From positions 1-52,562 of the forward strand of contig JACPAD010000004.1 in assembly GCA_016180955.1 (NCBI GenBank): a stretch of 52,562 nt of DNA, given 5' to 3'. The translations under genes and the position numbers were made by a program. Positions 9,281 through 19,740 of the stretch are shown here, piece by piece; within the stretch, counting starts at the first letter, position 1; each line of letters starts with the position of its first letter. The notes below the pieces were generated by a model. It was not told the DNA's origin and made no database searches. It saw only the letters and a list, made by a program, of their open reading frames with translations. The stretch comes from Candidatus Zambryskiibacteriota bacterium. GTDB taxonomy: Bacteria; Patescibacteriota; Minisyncoccia; Phycocordibacterales; Zambryskibacteraceae.

Positions 9281-11344
9281 ATGGCAATTTTTAAGATAAA
9301 CAATGAGTTTAAGCCGGCCGGTGACCAGCCGAGAGCGATCGAGGAGCTTGTAAAAGGAATCGAGCAAGGTCTGATGCATCAGACCTTGCTCGGCGTGACC
9401 GGCTCAGGCAAAACTTTCACTGTGGCAAATGTTATTGAGCAAATCGGTAAACCCACACTGGTGATTGCCCATAACAAAACTCTGGCAGCACAGTTGGCAC
9501 AAGAGTATCGAGAATTTTTCCCCGACAATGCCGTGCATTACTTCGTTTCTTACTATGATTTCTACCAGCCGGAGGCATATCTGCCTGTAACGGACACTTA
9601 TATTGAAAAGGAGGCGATGATTAACGAAGAGATAGAACGTCTGCGCCATGCCTCCACACAGGCACTTCTTACTAGGAAAGATGTGATAATTGTGGCTTCC
9701 GTTTCCTGTATCTATGGCTTAGGTAATCCGACCGAATACGAGAAAGTTAATTTAAAAATTGAGAAAGGCCAGAGTGTTTCGCGCACCGATTTTATCCGCG
9801 AACTTATCAGTATTCATTATTCGCGCACCAATACGGATGTTAAACCTGGAACTTTCCGCGCTATAGGCTCTGCCATTGAGATTATGCCGATATCCGAGAG
9901 AATTATTTATAGGATTGAACTTGAAGCTGGCAAGGTTGCTTCTATCAAACGGATTGATGCAGTCTCGCGCTCAATTACCAATGAAGTAAATGTTTTCTTT
10001 CTCTTTCCGGCTAAGCACTTTATTACTGCCGAAGACACTCTTAAGAGCGCCTTGAAGGGTATAAAAGAGGAACTCAATGAGCAATTAATGAAATTCAATA
10101 AAGAAGGAAAATTACTGGAAGCGGAAAGACTAAAAAGGCGAACAACTTATGACTTAGCCATGATCCGCGAGCTGGGCTATACCAATGGTATCGAGAATTA
10201 CTCAAGGCACTTCACGGGTAAAAAGGCGGGTGAGGCACCATATACACTTTTGGACTATTTCCCCTTCGACGAAGCTCAGGGCAAGCCCGATTTTTTGACA
10301 ATTATTGATGAATCGCACGTAACGGTACCGCAGATTGGCGGCATGTATGCCGGAGACAAGAGCAGGAAAGACACTTTGATTGAGCACGGCTTCCGCCTGC
10401 CATCGGCTCGCGACAACCGGCCGTTAAAATTTCAAGAATTTCAAGAAAAAGTCGGTCAAATAATTTATACCAGCGCCACTCCGGCTGAGTATGAAAGGGA
10501 AGTAAGCAAAAAAGTAGTGGAGCAGATAATTCGTCCTACGGGACTAATTGACCCGGAAGTTTTGATAAGACCAATACAACCCACCTCACCTGGCTTACAG
10601 CCACCCTCTCCTAGAGCTAGGAGAGGGGCAGGGGGTGAGGTCTATCCGGGCCAGATAATGGATTTTATAGATGAGGCGCAAAAAGCCATAGTAAGGGGTG
10701 GTCGGGTGATGGCCACCACTCTGACCAAGAAGATGGCCGAGGATTTAAGTGAGTATCTCAAGGAAAAAGGTCTCAAGGCAGAATATTTACACAGCGATAT
10801 CAAAACGATTGAGCGCATCGAAATTCTGACCAACTTCCGCAAGGGTATTTTCGACTGTATTGTGGGGGTCAATCTTTTGAGAGAAGGGCTTGATTTACCG
10901 GAAGTGACACTTATCGGCATTTTGGACGCGGACAAGGAAGGATTTTTGCGCTCCGAAACCTCGCTTATCCAGATTATCGGCCGTGCGGCAAGAAATATCG
11001 AGGGCAGAGTAATTCTTTATGCAGATGTATTAACTAGCTCAATAAAGAAAGCAATTGATGAAACCGCGCGTAGGAGAAGACTTCAGAGTGCGTACAACAA
11101 AAAGCACGGTATCACTCCCAAAACCATCATCAAAAAAATCAAGGATATTACTGATACTTTAGAGCGAGAACATCATCAAGCGGTCAATGTACTTCTTGAA
11201 ACTGATGAGAAGCTTTTCAAAAAATCTCCTAAGAAATTAATTAAAGCGAAGATGAAAGAAATGGAGGAGGCGGTTAAAAATCTCGACTTTGAAACCGCCG
11301 CCATCTTGCGGGATGAAATTCGAGTGCTTGAGAAAAGGCTGTGA
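9281..11344 (+). CDS. uvrB: Excinuclease ABC subunit B
   Basis: PAGDQP, GVTGSGKT, YFVSYYDFYQPEAY, DESH, GLDLPEV, C-terminal UVR domain. Confidence 0.97.
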   Translation: MAIFKINNEFKPAGDQPRAIEELVKGIEQGLMHQTLLGVTGSGKTFTVANVIEQIGKPTLVIAHNKTLAAQLAQEYREFFPDNAVHYFVSYYDFYQPEAYLPVTDTYIEKEAMINEEIERLRHASTQALLTRKDVIIVASVSCIYGLGNPTEYEKVNLKIEKGQSVSRTDFIRELISIHYSRTNTDVKPGTFRAIGSAIEIMPISERIIYRIELEAGKVASIKRIDAVSRSITNEVNVFFLFPAKHFITAEDTLKSALKGIKEELNEQLMKFNKEGKLLEAERLKRRTTYDLAMIRELGYTNGIENYSRHFTGKKAGEAPYTLLDYFPFDEAQGKPDFLTIIDESHVTVPQIGGMYAGDKSRKDTLIEHGFRLPSARDNRPLKFQEFQEKVGQIIYTSATPAEYEREVSKKVVEQIIRPTGLIDPEVLIRPIQPTSPGLQPPSPRARRGAGGEVYPGQIMDFIDEAQKAIVRGGRVMATTLTKKMAEDLSEYLKEKGLKAEYLHSDIKTIERIEILTNFRKGIFDCIVGVNLLREGLDLPEVTLIGILDADKEGFLRSETSLIQIIGRAARNIEGRVILYADVLTSSIKKAIDETARRRRLQSAYNKKHGITPKTIIKKIKDITDTLEREHHQAVNVLLETDEKLFKKSPKKLIKAKMKEMEEAVKNLDFETAAILRDEIRVLEKRL

Positions 11345-11405
11345 TGTGATACTATAACTCGGTTGCTTATACCCCTATGCGCTAAGCATGGGTGAATTTC
11401 TTTGT

Positions 11406-13952
11406 ATGAAAAAAGATTCGGGCAAAATTATCGTCAAAGGAGCGCGCACTCACAATCTCAAAAACATCACGGTTGAAATGCCACGCAATGCCGTGATCGC
11501 TATCACCGGTCTTTCCGGTTCCGGCAAATCATCCCTTGCTTTCGACACCATCTTTGCCGAAGGGCAAAGGCGCTATGTTGAATCACTCTCTTCTTACGCC
11601 CGGCAATTCCTGCGCCAGATGCAAAAGCCGGATGTCGATGAAATCGTGGGTCTCTCGCCCGCTATTTCCATTGACCAGAAGTCCCGTTCCAACAATCCGC
11701 GCTCAACCGTCGCCACTATTACCGAAATTTATGATTATCTGCGCATTCTCTACGCTCGCATCGGCCGGCCGCATTGTCTAATCTGCGGCACTGAGATTAA
11801 AAAACTTTCTAATGAAGAAATCAAAGACTTTATCCTCAAGAAAGTGTCAAGCGGCATTCTTGACATAGAGATTTGGTCACCGATTGTTCGCGGGAGAAAG
11901 GGCGAATATTATCAGCTTCTCTATGATCTTTTGGGCAAAGGATACAGCGAGGTGATGGTAGACGAAGTCAGGCACTCATTGCGCGAGAGAATCGTTCTGA
12001 CCAAAACTAAGAAACATGAAATATCAGTATTGGTAGACTCAATAAATTTAAAAGAAGAGTCGGCTGACGAGAGATTGAGTGAGGCGATAGAAAGAGCATT
12101 GCACGAGTCCGATGGCCTACTTCTTCTGAAGACTAAAGACGCCTCCTCCGCCAAAGGCTTCGGCGGGCCGACGGAAAAACATCTTATGTCTGCCAAGTGG
12201 GCTTGTCCCAAAGACGGATTCTCTTTTCCCGAGATTGAGCCGAGACTTTTCTCTTTCAACTCGCCGTATGGCGCCTGTCCGGAGTGCAACGGCCTTGGTA
12301 CGAAATATTTATTCGGTTCGGAGCCGTGCGAGCGCTGCCATGGAGCGCGACTTAGAGAAGAAGCTCTGCACATTCTGATCGGTAATAAAAACATCGTGGA
12401 ACTGACCAAACTTTCCATTCAAGAATGCGATGAATTTTTCAAAAAGTTGAAACTAACCATCCGTGAGAAAAATATTTCCAAAGTGGTGACCAAAGAGATA
12501 GAAGCGCGGCTCTCATTCATGCTTAATGTCGGCATCGAATATCTCTCGCTTGACCGCCGCGCTCATACGCTCTCCGGCGGAGAAGCGCAACGTATTCGCC
12601 TAGCCAGCCAGCTTGGTTCCGGTCTGGTGGGAGCACTCTATGTACTCGATGAGCCGACCATCGGACTCCACGCGCGAGATAATGTCCGCCTGATTAAAAC
12701 TTTGCTTAATCTGCGCGACTTGGGCAACACCATTCTTATCGTGGAACATGATGAAGAAACAATTTATTCTTCCGATTATTTGATTGATATCGGGCACGGA
12801 GCGGGAGTGCACGGAGGGAAAGTGGTAGTATCAGGAAATCTGGACGATCTTTTAACTGCGCCTAAAAATACGAGCGGTTCTTTAACGCTCGCATATCTGC
12901 GCGGTGAAGAAAAAATAGAATTACCCGAGAAGCGGCGCGAAGCGGAGAAAGGAATAATACAAATCAGAGGAGCCAAGATTTTTAATATAAAACATCTTAA
13001 TGTCGATGTCCCTCTTAGGCGGCTTGTAGCTGTTACCGGTGTGTCCGGCTCCGGTAAATCGTCCTTCGTCTACGAGATTTTGCATAAAAATTTACAAGCG
13101 CGGCTTGATCGCCGATACCGCTCGGCACAAACCTATAATTGCCAGAGTTTTATGGGCTCGGAATACTTGGGCCGCGTCATCCTTATAGACCAGTCACCGA
13201 TTGGTCGCACTCCGAGAAGCAATCCAGCTACTTATACCGGGGCTTTTACCTTTATCCGCGAACTTTTTGCCGAGACGGCAGAAGCGCGGGCTAGGGGCTG
13301 GAAGCCGAATCGGTTTTCCTTCAACGTTAAGGGCGGTCGCTGCGAAACCTGCCAAGGTAATGGCGTGATAGAAGTGGAGATGCACTTCCTGCCAACCGTC
13401 TATGTGCCTTGTGATGTCTGTGGCGGCAAAAGATTTATGAAAGAGACCTTGGAAATGAAGTATAAGAAAAAGAGTATTTACGACACGCTTGAGATGACCA
13501 TTGAGGAAGCGCTTAGTTTCTTCGAAGACATTCCGGCCATTTATGACCGACTGAAAACTCTAAACGATGTTGGACTCGGCTACTTAGCACTCGGTCAGTC
13601 CGCCACCACACTCTCCGGCGGGGAAGCGCAGAGAGTGAAAATTGCTTCGGAGCTCTATCGTCCGCATTTGGAAAAAACAATTTATCTTCTTGACGAGCCG
13701 ACTATCGGCTTACATTACGAAGATGTTAAGAAGCTCATAGAGATTCTCCAAAAATTAGTGGACAAGGGTAATACAGTCATTGTCATCGAACACAATATGG
13801 ACTTTATTAAGTCTTGCGACTACATTCTTGACATTGGCCCCGAAGGCGGCGCTGGCGGCGGAGAACTGGTGGCTAAAGGTACTCCCGAAGAAGTGGCTAA
13901 TACCAATACGCACACCGGGAGGTATTTAACGAAAACTTTAAAAAAGAAATAA
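11406..13952 (+). CDS. uvrA: Excinuclease ABC subunit A
   Basis: [24 protein letters not shown], two LSGGEAQR signatures, zinc fingers; start 11406 preferred over 11388. Confidence 0.97.
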   Translation: MKKDSGKIIVKGARTHNLKNITVEMPRNAVIAITGLSGSGKSSLAFDTIFAEGQRRYVESLSSYARQFLRQMQKPDVDEIVGLSPAISIDQKSRSNNPRSTVATITEIYDYLRILYARIGRPHCLICGTEIKKLSNEEIKDFILKKVSSGILDIEIWSPIVRGRKGEYYQLLYDLLGKGYSEVMVDEVRHSLRERIVLTKTKKHEISVLVDSINLKEESADERLSEAIERALHESDGLLLLKTKDASSAKGFGGPTEKHLMSAKWACPKDGFSFPEIEPRLFSFNSPYGACPECNGLGTKYLFGSEPCERCHGARLREEALHILIGNKNIVELTKLSIQECDEFFKKLKLTIREKNISKVVTKEIEARLSFMLNVGIEYLSLDRRAHTLSGGEAQRIRLASQLGSGLVGALYVLDEPTIGLHARDNVRLIKTLLNLRDLGNTILIVEHDEETIYSSDYLIDIGHGAGVHGGKVVVSGNLDDLLTAPKNTSGSLTLAYLRGEEKIELPEKRREAEKGIIQIRGAKIFNIKHLNVDVPLRRLVAVTGVSGSGKSSFVYEILHKNLQARLDRRYRSAQTYNCQSFMGSEYLGRVILIDQSPIGRTPRSNPATYTGAFTFIRELFAETAEARARGWKPNRFSFNVKGGRCETCQGNGVIEVEMHFLPTVYVPCDVCGGKRFMKETLEMKYKKKSIYDTLEMTIEEALSFFEDIPAIYDRLKTLNDVGLGYLALGQSATTLSGGEAQRVKIASELYRPHLEKTIYLLDEPTIGLHYEDVKKLIEILQKLVDKGNTVIVIEHNMDFIKSCDYILDIGPEGGAGGGELVAKGTPEEVANTNTHTGRYLTKTLKKK

Positions 13953-13982
13953 GAAAACGCGCCGACCTCGTCAGGTCGGCGC
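13951..13982 (-). terminator. Intrinsic terminator
   Basis: GCGCCGACCT-cgtc-AGGTCGGCGC with a T-tract on the minus strand. Confidence 0.75.
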
Positions 13983-13998
13983 TAGATTCAAGTTGTGG

Positions 13999-14331
13999 TT
14001 ACTTCTCGAAAATAGCGAGAAGTTCCTCGGCTGCATTGAGAAGACCGATGACCTTTCTGAAGTTGATCAGTACTTCGCCTGACCAGTTTGTACTGTTCAA
14101 GTCGCCATACGTTTGCTGGGAGATCTGGTGAAGTATTGCCGCTCCCGCTACTGTTGGGAGACACAAGTCGTCGTACTTACGCTCGACGAGCTCTCCTTCT
14201 TCTTCCAATTCCTTTGCTCTGCTTACAAGCAGGCGAAGGAAGGGATAAGAGAAACCATTGATGACCGGTGCCTCACGAATGAGTTTCTGTTGCTGCTGAA
14301 TCAGCGATCCTGTCGCCACCTTGATAGCCAT
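13999..14331 (-). CDS. Orphan hypothetical protein (110 aa)
   Basis: AAGGAG SD, TTGACT promoter at ~14399, own terminator; no family recognised. Confidence 0.7.
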   Translation of the reverse strand: MAIKVATGSLIQQQQKLIREAPVINGFSYPFLRLLVSRAKELEEEGELVERKYDDLCLPTVAGAAILHQISQQTYGDLNSTNWSGEVLINFRKVIGLLNAAEELLAIFEK

Positions 14332-14437
14332 AGCTTGTCTCCTTCGGTTGGGGTGCCGTTTCTGATTTTATACTATTATAATAAAATATAAAAAGTCAAG
14401 TATTAAAAGAGTAACATTTTATGTAAAATAGATTGAT

Positions 14438-14626
14438 ATGGAAGGTATAAAATCAATAAAATTGAAGGATAATACTAAAGCACTCGAAACTTTTATCAAG
14501 AAGGCCAATCACAAATTGGTAGAACTTGACGTTTTGCAATCTATCTGGGAAATTAAAAGTGGTAAAGGCAAAATCTATAATTCTTCTGCTGATTTCATGA
14601 AGCATATAAAGTCAAAGCTTTCTTAG
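14438..14626 (+). CDS. Probable antitoxin
   Basis: 62 aa ending EIKSGKGKIYNSSADFMKHI, typical of RelE/YafQ-partner antitoxins; overlaps the toxin start. Confidence 0.65.
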   Translation: MEGIKSIKLKDNTKALETFIKKANHKLVELDVLQSIWEIKSGKGKIYNSSADFMKHIKSKLS

Positions 14627-14895
14627 TGATGAGAAAAATCTTCTCCTCCCCACAATTTGAGAAAAAGTTAGTTAGATTTTTGCAGAAAAATCCAGAATAT
14701 GAGAAGAAAATAAAAATTGTTTTCAAATTGCTTGAAAAAGATATTCGTCATCCCACTCTCAAGACGCACAGACTACATGGCAAACTTTCTTTTCTGTTTT
14801 CGTGTTCTATAGCATATCAATATAGATTAGCCTTTTCTTCTGATAGTAAATTTATCTATCCACACGCCATCGGTAGCCACGATGATGTCTATTAA
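14626..14895 (+). CDS. RelE/YafQ-family mRNA interferase toxin
   Basis: SPQFEKKL...HPTLKTHRLHGKL..SCSIAYQYRL..IGSHDDVY. Confidence 0.82.
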   Translation: MMRKIFSSPQFEKKLVRFLQKNPEYEKKIKIVFKLLEKDIRHPTLKTHRLHGKLSFLFSCSIAYQYRLAFSSDSKFIYPHAIGSHDDVY

Positions 14896-16060
14896 AAAGA
14901 TTAACTTACCAGACACACCCGGGGTGTATTTCTTCAAACAGGGCAAAAAGATTTTATATGTTGGGAAAGCAACAAGTTTGAAAGACAGGGTCAAAAGTTA
15001 TTTCGCTCATGATATTCTGCTCACTCGTTCGCCGCTTATTGCCAAGATGCTTAAAGAAGCCGATAAAGTCGAGTTTGTCCAAACAGATTCGGTACTTGAA
15101 GCGCTTATTCTTGAGGCAAATGAGATTAAAAAGCATCAGCCGATTTACAACTCGAAAGAGAAGGATGATAAAAGTTATAACTTCGTCACTATTACCCACG
15201 AGGATTTTCCGAAAGTCGTTATTACCCGTGGTGCGGGGGATTATGGACCCTATCCGCATTCGGGAGAATTAAAAGAAGGGCTAAAAATTATTCGCAAAAC
15301 TCTTCCTTTCAGGGATGAGAAGTGCAAACTCGTTGGTAGGCCGTGTTTCAACGCGCAAATCGGTCTCTGCCCCGGACCTTGCGCCGGTTGGATAAGTAAG
15401 TCAGACTACAGAAAGCAGATCAAAAACGTCAAATTATTTTTTGAAAGCAGGAAGGATATCCTCATCAAATCTCTTGAGAAAGAGATGAAGAGATTAGCCA
15501 AAGAGCAGAAGTTTGAAGAGGCGAAAAAGGTCAAAAAGCAGCTCTTTGCTCTCGACCATATTCACGATGTTGCCTTGATCAAACATGATCTTGAATCCAG
15601 AATCATAAATCCTAAATCCACCTTTCGCATCGAGGCCTACGATATAGCGCACATTTCCGGTACAAATGTTGTAGGTGTAATGACCGTAGTGGAAAACGGT
15701 GAGTTGAATAAAAGCCAGTACCGCAAATTTAAGATCCGAAAAGATCTAAATGATGACACTAAGAATTTTAAAGAGATTATTTCAAGGCGCTTGGGGCATC
15801 CGGAATGGAGATTCCCGAACTTAGTCGTGGTTGATGGCGGCAAGGGACAGATCAATGCGGCAAAAAAAGTTCTCGATGACTCCGGTCTGGACTTTATCGG
15901 TGTCGTTTCAGTAGTTAAAGACGAAAGACATAGAGCTCGTGAAATTCTCGGTGTCCGAAGCCCGGCTTTGGACAAAGACATCCTTCTCGCGAATTCAGAA
16001 GCGCACCGCTTTGCTATTGGTTATCACAGGAAGTTGCGTGACAAGGGCTTCAGAATCTAG
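14885..16060 (+). CDS. uvrC: Excinuclease ABC subunit C (short; no C-terminal HhH seen)
   Basis: GIY-YIG (PGVYFF..ILYVGKATSLKDRVKSYF), UVR domain, RIEAYDIAH, VDGGKGQ, EAHRFAI. Confidence 0.93.
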   Translation: MSIKKINLPDTPGVYFFKQGKKILYVGKATSLKDRVKSYFAHDILLTRSPLIAKMLKEADKVEFVQTDSVLEALILEANEIKKHQPIYNSKEKDDKSYNFVTITHEDFPKVVITRGAGDYGPYPHSGELKEGLKIIRKTLPFRDEKCKLVGRPCFNAQIGLCPGPCAGWISKSDYRKQIKNVKLFFESRKDILIKSLEKEMKRLAKEQKFEEAKKVKKQLFALDHIHDVALIKHDLESRIINPKSTFRIEAYDIAHISGTNVVGVMTVVENGELNKSQYRKFKIRKDLNDDTKNFKEIISRRLGHPEWRFPNLVVVDGGKGQINAAKKVLDDSGLDFIGVVSVVKDERHRAREILGVRSPALDKDILLANSEAHRFAIGYHRKLRDKGFRI

Positions 16061-16075
16061 TGATATAATATTTTT

Positions 16076-17005
16076 ATGACTAGGATTAAAGTCGCTGTTT
16101 TGCGCGGCGGACCCTCGCCCGCTTATGATGATTCTTTGAAAACAGGCGCTTATGTATTGTCGCTTTTGCGTGAGATGCCGGAAGAGTACGAGCCGCTTGA
16201 CGTCTTTATTGCTCGTGACGGCATCTGGCATTTCCAAGGCCTCTCTGAAGAGCCGCACCGCATTCTCTCTCGCGCGGACGTTGTTTGGAACGCCTTGCAT
16301 GGCCCATATGGTGAAGACGGACAGGTCCAGCAGCTTTTGGAAAAACTGAAAACGTCTTTTATCGGCTCTGGTATCCTTGCTTCTTCCTTTTCGCACAATA
16401 AGGAATTGGCCAAAAACCTCTACCGTAGATACTCTCTTCTTACTCCGGAATCGGAACTGGTAACTGAAAACGACCTGTCGAGCGACGAGCGCTTGGTGCA
16501 TATCTTTAGGAACTACCTGCATCCGGTCATCGTTAAACCCTCTACTGGCATCAGCGCTCTCGGAGTGCGGCTGGCCCATTCTTTCCAAGAACTTAAGGAT
16601 TCAGTCAGAAAAACTTTGGAACATTCGTCCAAGGCGCTAGTGGAGGAATACGTGCGCGGAGCTACGGTGAGTTGCGCCGTTGTCGAGCGAGCGAGGGGAG
16701 AGGAACTTTACGCGCTTATGCCCGCGCGGTTAGAAGTAGCAAAGAAAAGGATTGCTCTTACTTTCGAAGAGAAAAAAATGGTCGAAGAAATGGCAAGAAC
16801 GGCGCATCGCGCGCTGGGATTGCGCCACTATTCAAGCTCGGATTTTATCATCACTCCCAGAGGGAAAATTTATATACTCGAAACTAATTCTGTGCCCGTA
16901 CTTCACGAAGATTCTCTAATGCACCGCTCGCTTAAAAACACTGGCTGGAAGCCGCGCGAGTTTGCCACGCATTGTTTGAAATTGGCTCTTAATCAAATCA
17001 ATTAA
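16076..17005 (+). CDS. ddl: D-alanine--D-alanine ligase
   Basis: VAVLRGGPS, NALHGPYGEDG, VIVKP, VEEY, LETNSVP. Confidence 0.9.
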   Translation: MTRIKVAVLRGGPSPAYDDSLKTGAYVLSLLREMPEEYEPLDVFIARDGIWHFQGLSEEPHRILSRADVVWNALHGPYGEDGQVQQLLEKLKTSFIGSGILASSFSHNKELAKNLYRRYSLLTPESELVTENDLSSDERLVHIFRNYLHPVIVKPSTGISALGVRLAHSFQELKDSVRKTLEHSSKALVEEYVRGATVSCAVVERARGEELYALMPARLEVAKKRIALTFEEKKMVEEMARTAHRALGLRHYSSSDFIITPRGKIYILETNSVPVLHEDSLMHRSLKNTGWKPREFATHCLKLALNQIN

Positions 17006-17014
17006 TCATTTTAA

Positions 17015-17195
17015 ACAAAAAGTCCACGCACAATCGGCGTGGACGAGAACGATGGGAGTGGAGGGCATCAAGCGCCTGCGGCCTCTTCAGATTAGCGAAC
17101 CTTATCTGGCTCAGCTAAATCTGCGGGCCGCAACCCAGGAGGAACCCTCCACTCCCCCAGAAGGCCTCCTCCTGGGTCCGCCTCTCTGGTCTCTA
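17015..17195 (-). ncRNA. Candidate structured non-coding RNA with long-range pseudoknot
   Basis: Promoter TTGCTA-17-TATCTT with extended TG (17230-17202). Four complementary segment pairs. Terminator GTCCACGC/GCGTGGAC plus T-run (17022-17044). No credible ORF. Confidence 0.6.
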
Positions 17196-17304
17196 ATTAA
17201 TAAGATAGCACTCCTCTAATAAAATAGCAAGCGCTTTATTTTGCTTCACTTTTGGGCTAGAATCAAACATCTTGCCTCGCCCTACGTAGCTCGGGCGTTG
17301 CACG

Positions 17305-17377
17305 GGGCCCTTAGCTTAGTTGGTAGAGCGCCTCATTTGCAATGAGGAGGTCATCGGTTCGAATCCGATAGGGTCCA
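17305..17377 (+). tRNA. tRNA-Ala (TGC), CCA not encoded
   Basis: GGGCCCT/AGGGTCC acceptor stem with G3:U70, CCTCA-TTTGCAA-TGAGG anticodon arm, TTCGAAT T-loop. Confidence 0.97.
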
Positions 17378-17454
17378 CAATTCCGAATTTGAAGAAAGGT
17401 TGACCTCGCCCGCGCCCTCGCTGGGAAGGAAAATTTTGAAGACGGGTTTCTGGT

Positions 17455-19101
17455 TTATACACTACATCCGGCGCCATCTTTTTGTTGCGGGGTAAGACCC
17501 AGCTTTTTAATTTCTGCGTCAATATTGGCGTACCAGCCGCCAGCACTCGAATAATCCTTGCCCATCACTAACTTGGGATCGACTTTGTCCCAGTCAGTAT
17601 TTTTTGCCGCCTTGAAGTAAAGGGCGGTTTGGATGTAGTTATGCGGAAACCAGAATGAGTTGAAGACTACTGCCTCTCGGTAAAGGTCATCTTCGGTAAG
17701 TCCTTGCGCCGCGCCAAGCTGAAGAAGTCCCAGCAACGCCGAGCCGTGATTGCAATCCTGATAAAAGGTTGAGTTGTTGCAACATGGCCTGTAAGCATTT
17801 TGAGCAATTTTCGTGACTAACGCCTCTTGTTCCGGCGTAAGTTCAACTATTTTGAATTTATTGAAGTACGCGCCGCCATTTTCTTCCTTGCCTAAGTTCC
17901 AGCCGCCAGTGGATGCAAAATTAAAGAGCGATTTGCCAAGAATGGGACTTTGCTTATTGGATGACATATAGTTAGCAAGTCCAAGCGGCCACAAGAGATT
18001 CACATAGTAGTTTGCATTTTCTCGCGTAAGAAGAATCGGTCTTGGGGATGGCTCATCAAGCACATCCTTTAATTCAGTGGGGAAACCGCCGCGATCTTGA
18101 TAGATCGCCAATAATTTATTGCGCTCAATCACGCCGTTCCGAACTAATTTCACTACGCTGCTTCCCAAAACGATCTTGCTTTGAAATCCTTGCTCCGGCA
18201 GAACCCTTGCGGTTACCTCGTCAATAAGCGTATTTCCAGTTTGTGAGACATTTGCGTTGTTGAGCGTATTGTCATTGGGATTAACAATGCCGTTTTGGCT
18301 CAACACTTTGGCGATTACCGGCTCGGTTTTGAGCATATTCCAACTGACCAGAGTTAAGGCAATTACAGCCGCAACCAATCCCAAAAGCCAGAGCCTGTCG
18401 GCTTCTTTGAAAGAGTGGTCTTTTGGCAAAGGACATACACCGCTCAAGCAATCAACTTCAAGTTTTTTTAAATCTCTTCTCGTAAGCCATATCGGCAATA
18501 CGAGCAACCCAAAAGACAGCGCTTTAAGCTCAAGCCCTTGAAGCGGAAAGGCCGCAAGTCCTCCGGCAATGCCAATCGTAGAAAGAAGCGTTGAGCCGCA
18601 AACAGGACAGGCAGAGGCGGCAATGCTGACAACCGTTCCGGCTCCGCTGCCCGTTTCTGTTTTTAATTTCGGGGGGCCAAACTTCCTCCAGCGATAGACA
18701 AGGAGTGATATATTCACGCCAAAGAGAACAATCGCCCCAAGCGTCAGAATCACATACGGCCAGAAATAAAGAGGTGTGCTGTAGGTATTGGTGATGACAT
18801 TGGTAATTGCCGAATCAAGACGAAGTACCCAGTATAGGACCAGGAAGAAAGCAAGCGATGAGGCAATGCCGATAAGCCCGAAGAAAAGTTTTGTGAGAAA
18901 CTTGATGTCTTCTGACTTGAGCGTGTCTTTTTTGGACTCGTCTTCTTGTTGGATTGCGTGCGCAGTTATTTCGATATTGCAACTCTGATGTTCTTTGCAC
19001 CACGCTTCGCACTTCTCGGCCCACTCTTTATCTTCGTATTGGAAGCCGCACTCTTCGCATTGACGCAACTCTTTATCATTTTGTTGAGTTGTTTTGGTCA
19101 T
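17455..19101 (-). CDS. Cys-rich multi-domain membrane protein (possible metal binding)
   Basis: N-terminal CEECG..CEAWC..C, transmembrane region with ACPVCG, C-terminal PCCNNSTFYQDCNHG, ends GCSV. Confidence 0.7.
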   Translation of the reverse strand: MTKTTQQNDKELRQCEECGFQYEDKEWAEKCEAWCKEHQSCNIEITAHAIQQEDESKKDTLKSEDIKFLTKLFFGLIGIASSLAFFLVLYWVLRLDSAITNVITNTYSTPLYFWPYVILTLGAIVLFGVNISLLVYRWRKFGPPKLKTETGSGAGTVVSIAASACPVCGSTLLSTIGIAGGLAAFPLQGLELKALSFGLLVLPIWLTRRDLKKLEVDCLSGVCPLPKDHSFKEADRLWLLGLVAAVIALTLVSWNMLKTEPVIAKVLSQNGIVNPNDNTLNNANVSQTGNTLIDEVTARVLPEQGFQSKIVLGSSVVKLVRNGVIERNKLLAIYQDRGGFPTELKDVLDEPSPRPILLTRENANYYVNLLWPLGLANYMSSNKQSPILGKSLFNFASTGGWNLGKEENGGAYFNKFKIVELTPEQEALVTKIAQNAYRPCCNNSTFYQDCNHGSALLGLLQLGAAQGLTEDDLYREAVVFNSFWFPHNYIQTALYFKAAKNTDWDKVDPKLVMGKDYSSAGGWYANIDAEIKKLGLTPQQKDGAGCSV

Positions 19102-19149
19102 AAGATTGGCGGTTATTCATACCGAATTTCGATTTTATCTCCGTCGCTG

Positions 19150-19740
19150 TTAATGATGATGTTCGCTGTCGCCGCCGCAACCGTCCGAGAGATTCCAAAC
19201 TTGGGTTACTTGCTCGCCGGTGAAGCCGTGATTTTTAATAAGGTATTTGCCCAAACCGCCATACACATACCAACGCCAGCATTTGCAACAGCAAGGCCCT
19301 TTTTCGCTTGAATTTTGCATGGCATAGTCATACGCCTTCTGTTCATCTGGCGTAAGCTCCATGTCGTAATAAGACATCAGTTCTTTTGCGAGTCTTGCTT
19401 CGATATTATAGGGATCATCGGGAATTTCTGCGATGTTCTGACCGGCAACGGCCTTGAATTTTACTAATCCTTCAACCTGCTCGCTATAACGATGCACGCT
19501 CATCGGACTGCAACATGAACCCTTGAGCCGCGCGTCATCCGGCATGGTGGTTATTGAATCTTTGAATGTGCCCGAACAAGACGAATTGCCGCTTTGGGAT
19601 AATTCCTCAAACTTTGCGGCGAGGGCGGTATTAGCGAAACTGCCGCTTTGTTCTGATTGTTCGGGCGAACGACCAAGAAAAAACACTCCTCCGATGAGCA
19701 GGGCAACTATTATGATAGCGAAAGTAGTTTGTTTGCTCAT
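19150..19740 (-). CDS. Cys/His-rich exported protein
   Basis: N-terminal TM (MSKQTTFAIIIVALLIGG), GSCCSPM, GPCCCKCWRW, GCGGDSEHHH; start 19740 preferred over 19791. Confidence 0.7.
   Translation of the reverse strand: MSKQTTFAIIIVALLIGGVFFLGRSPEQSEQSGSFANTALAAKFEELSQSGNSSCSGTFKDSITTMPDDARLKGSCCSPMSVHRYSEQVEGLVKFKAVAGQNIAEIPDDPYNIEARLAKELMSYYDMELTPDEQKAYDYAMQNSSEKGPCCCKCWRWYVYGGLGKYLIKNHGFTGEQVTQVWNLSDGCGGDSEHHH

Noticed and set aside
8986-14399. Integron cassette interpretation of the orphan cassettes
   Set aside because: No intI gene and no RYYYAAC...GTTRRRY attC structure; the cassettes are dispersed and carry their own promoters.
17054-17180. HDV-like/theta ribozyme call for the pseudoknotted RNA
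   Set aside because: Helix order and a 7-bp G:U-initiated helix are reminiscent, but the P3/L3 consensus, P1.1 and the J4/2 catalytic C context were not found.
17316-17546. 76-aa minus-strand ORF
   Set aside because: Antisense read-through of tRNA-Ala (GFEPMTSSLQMRRSTN is the typical tRNA shadow).
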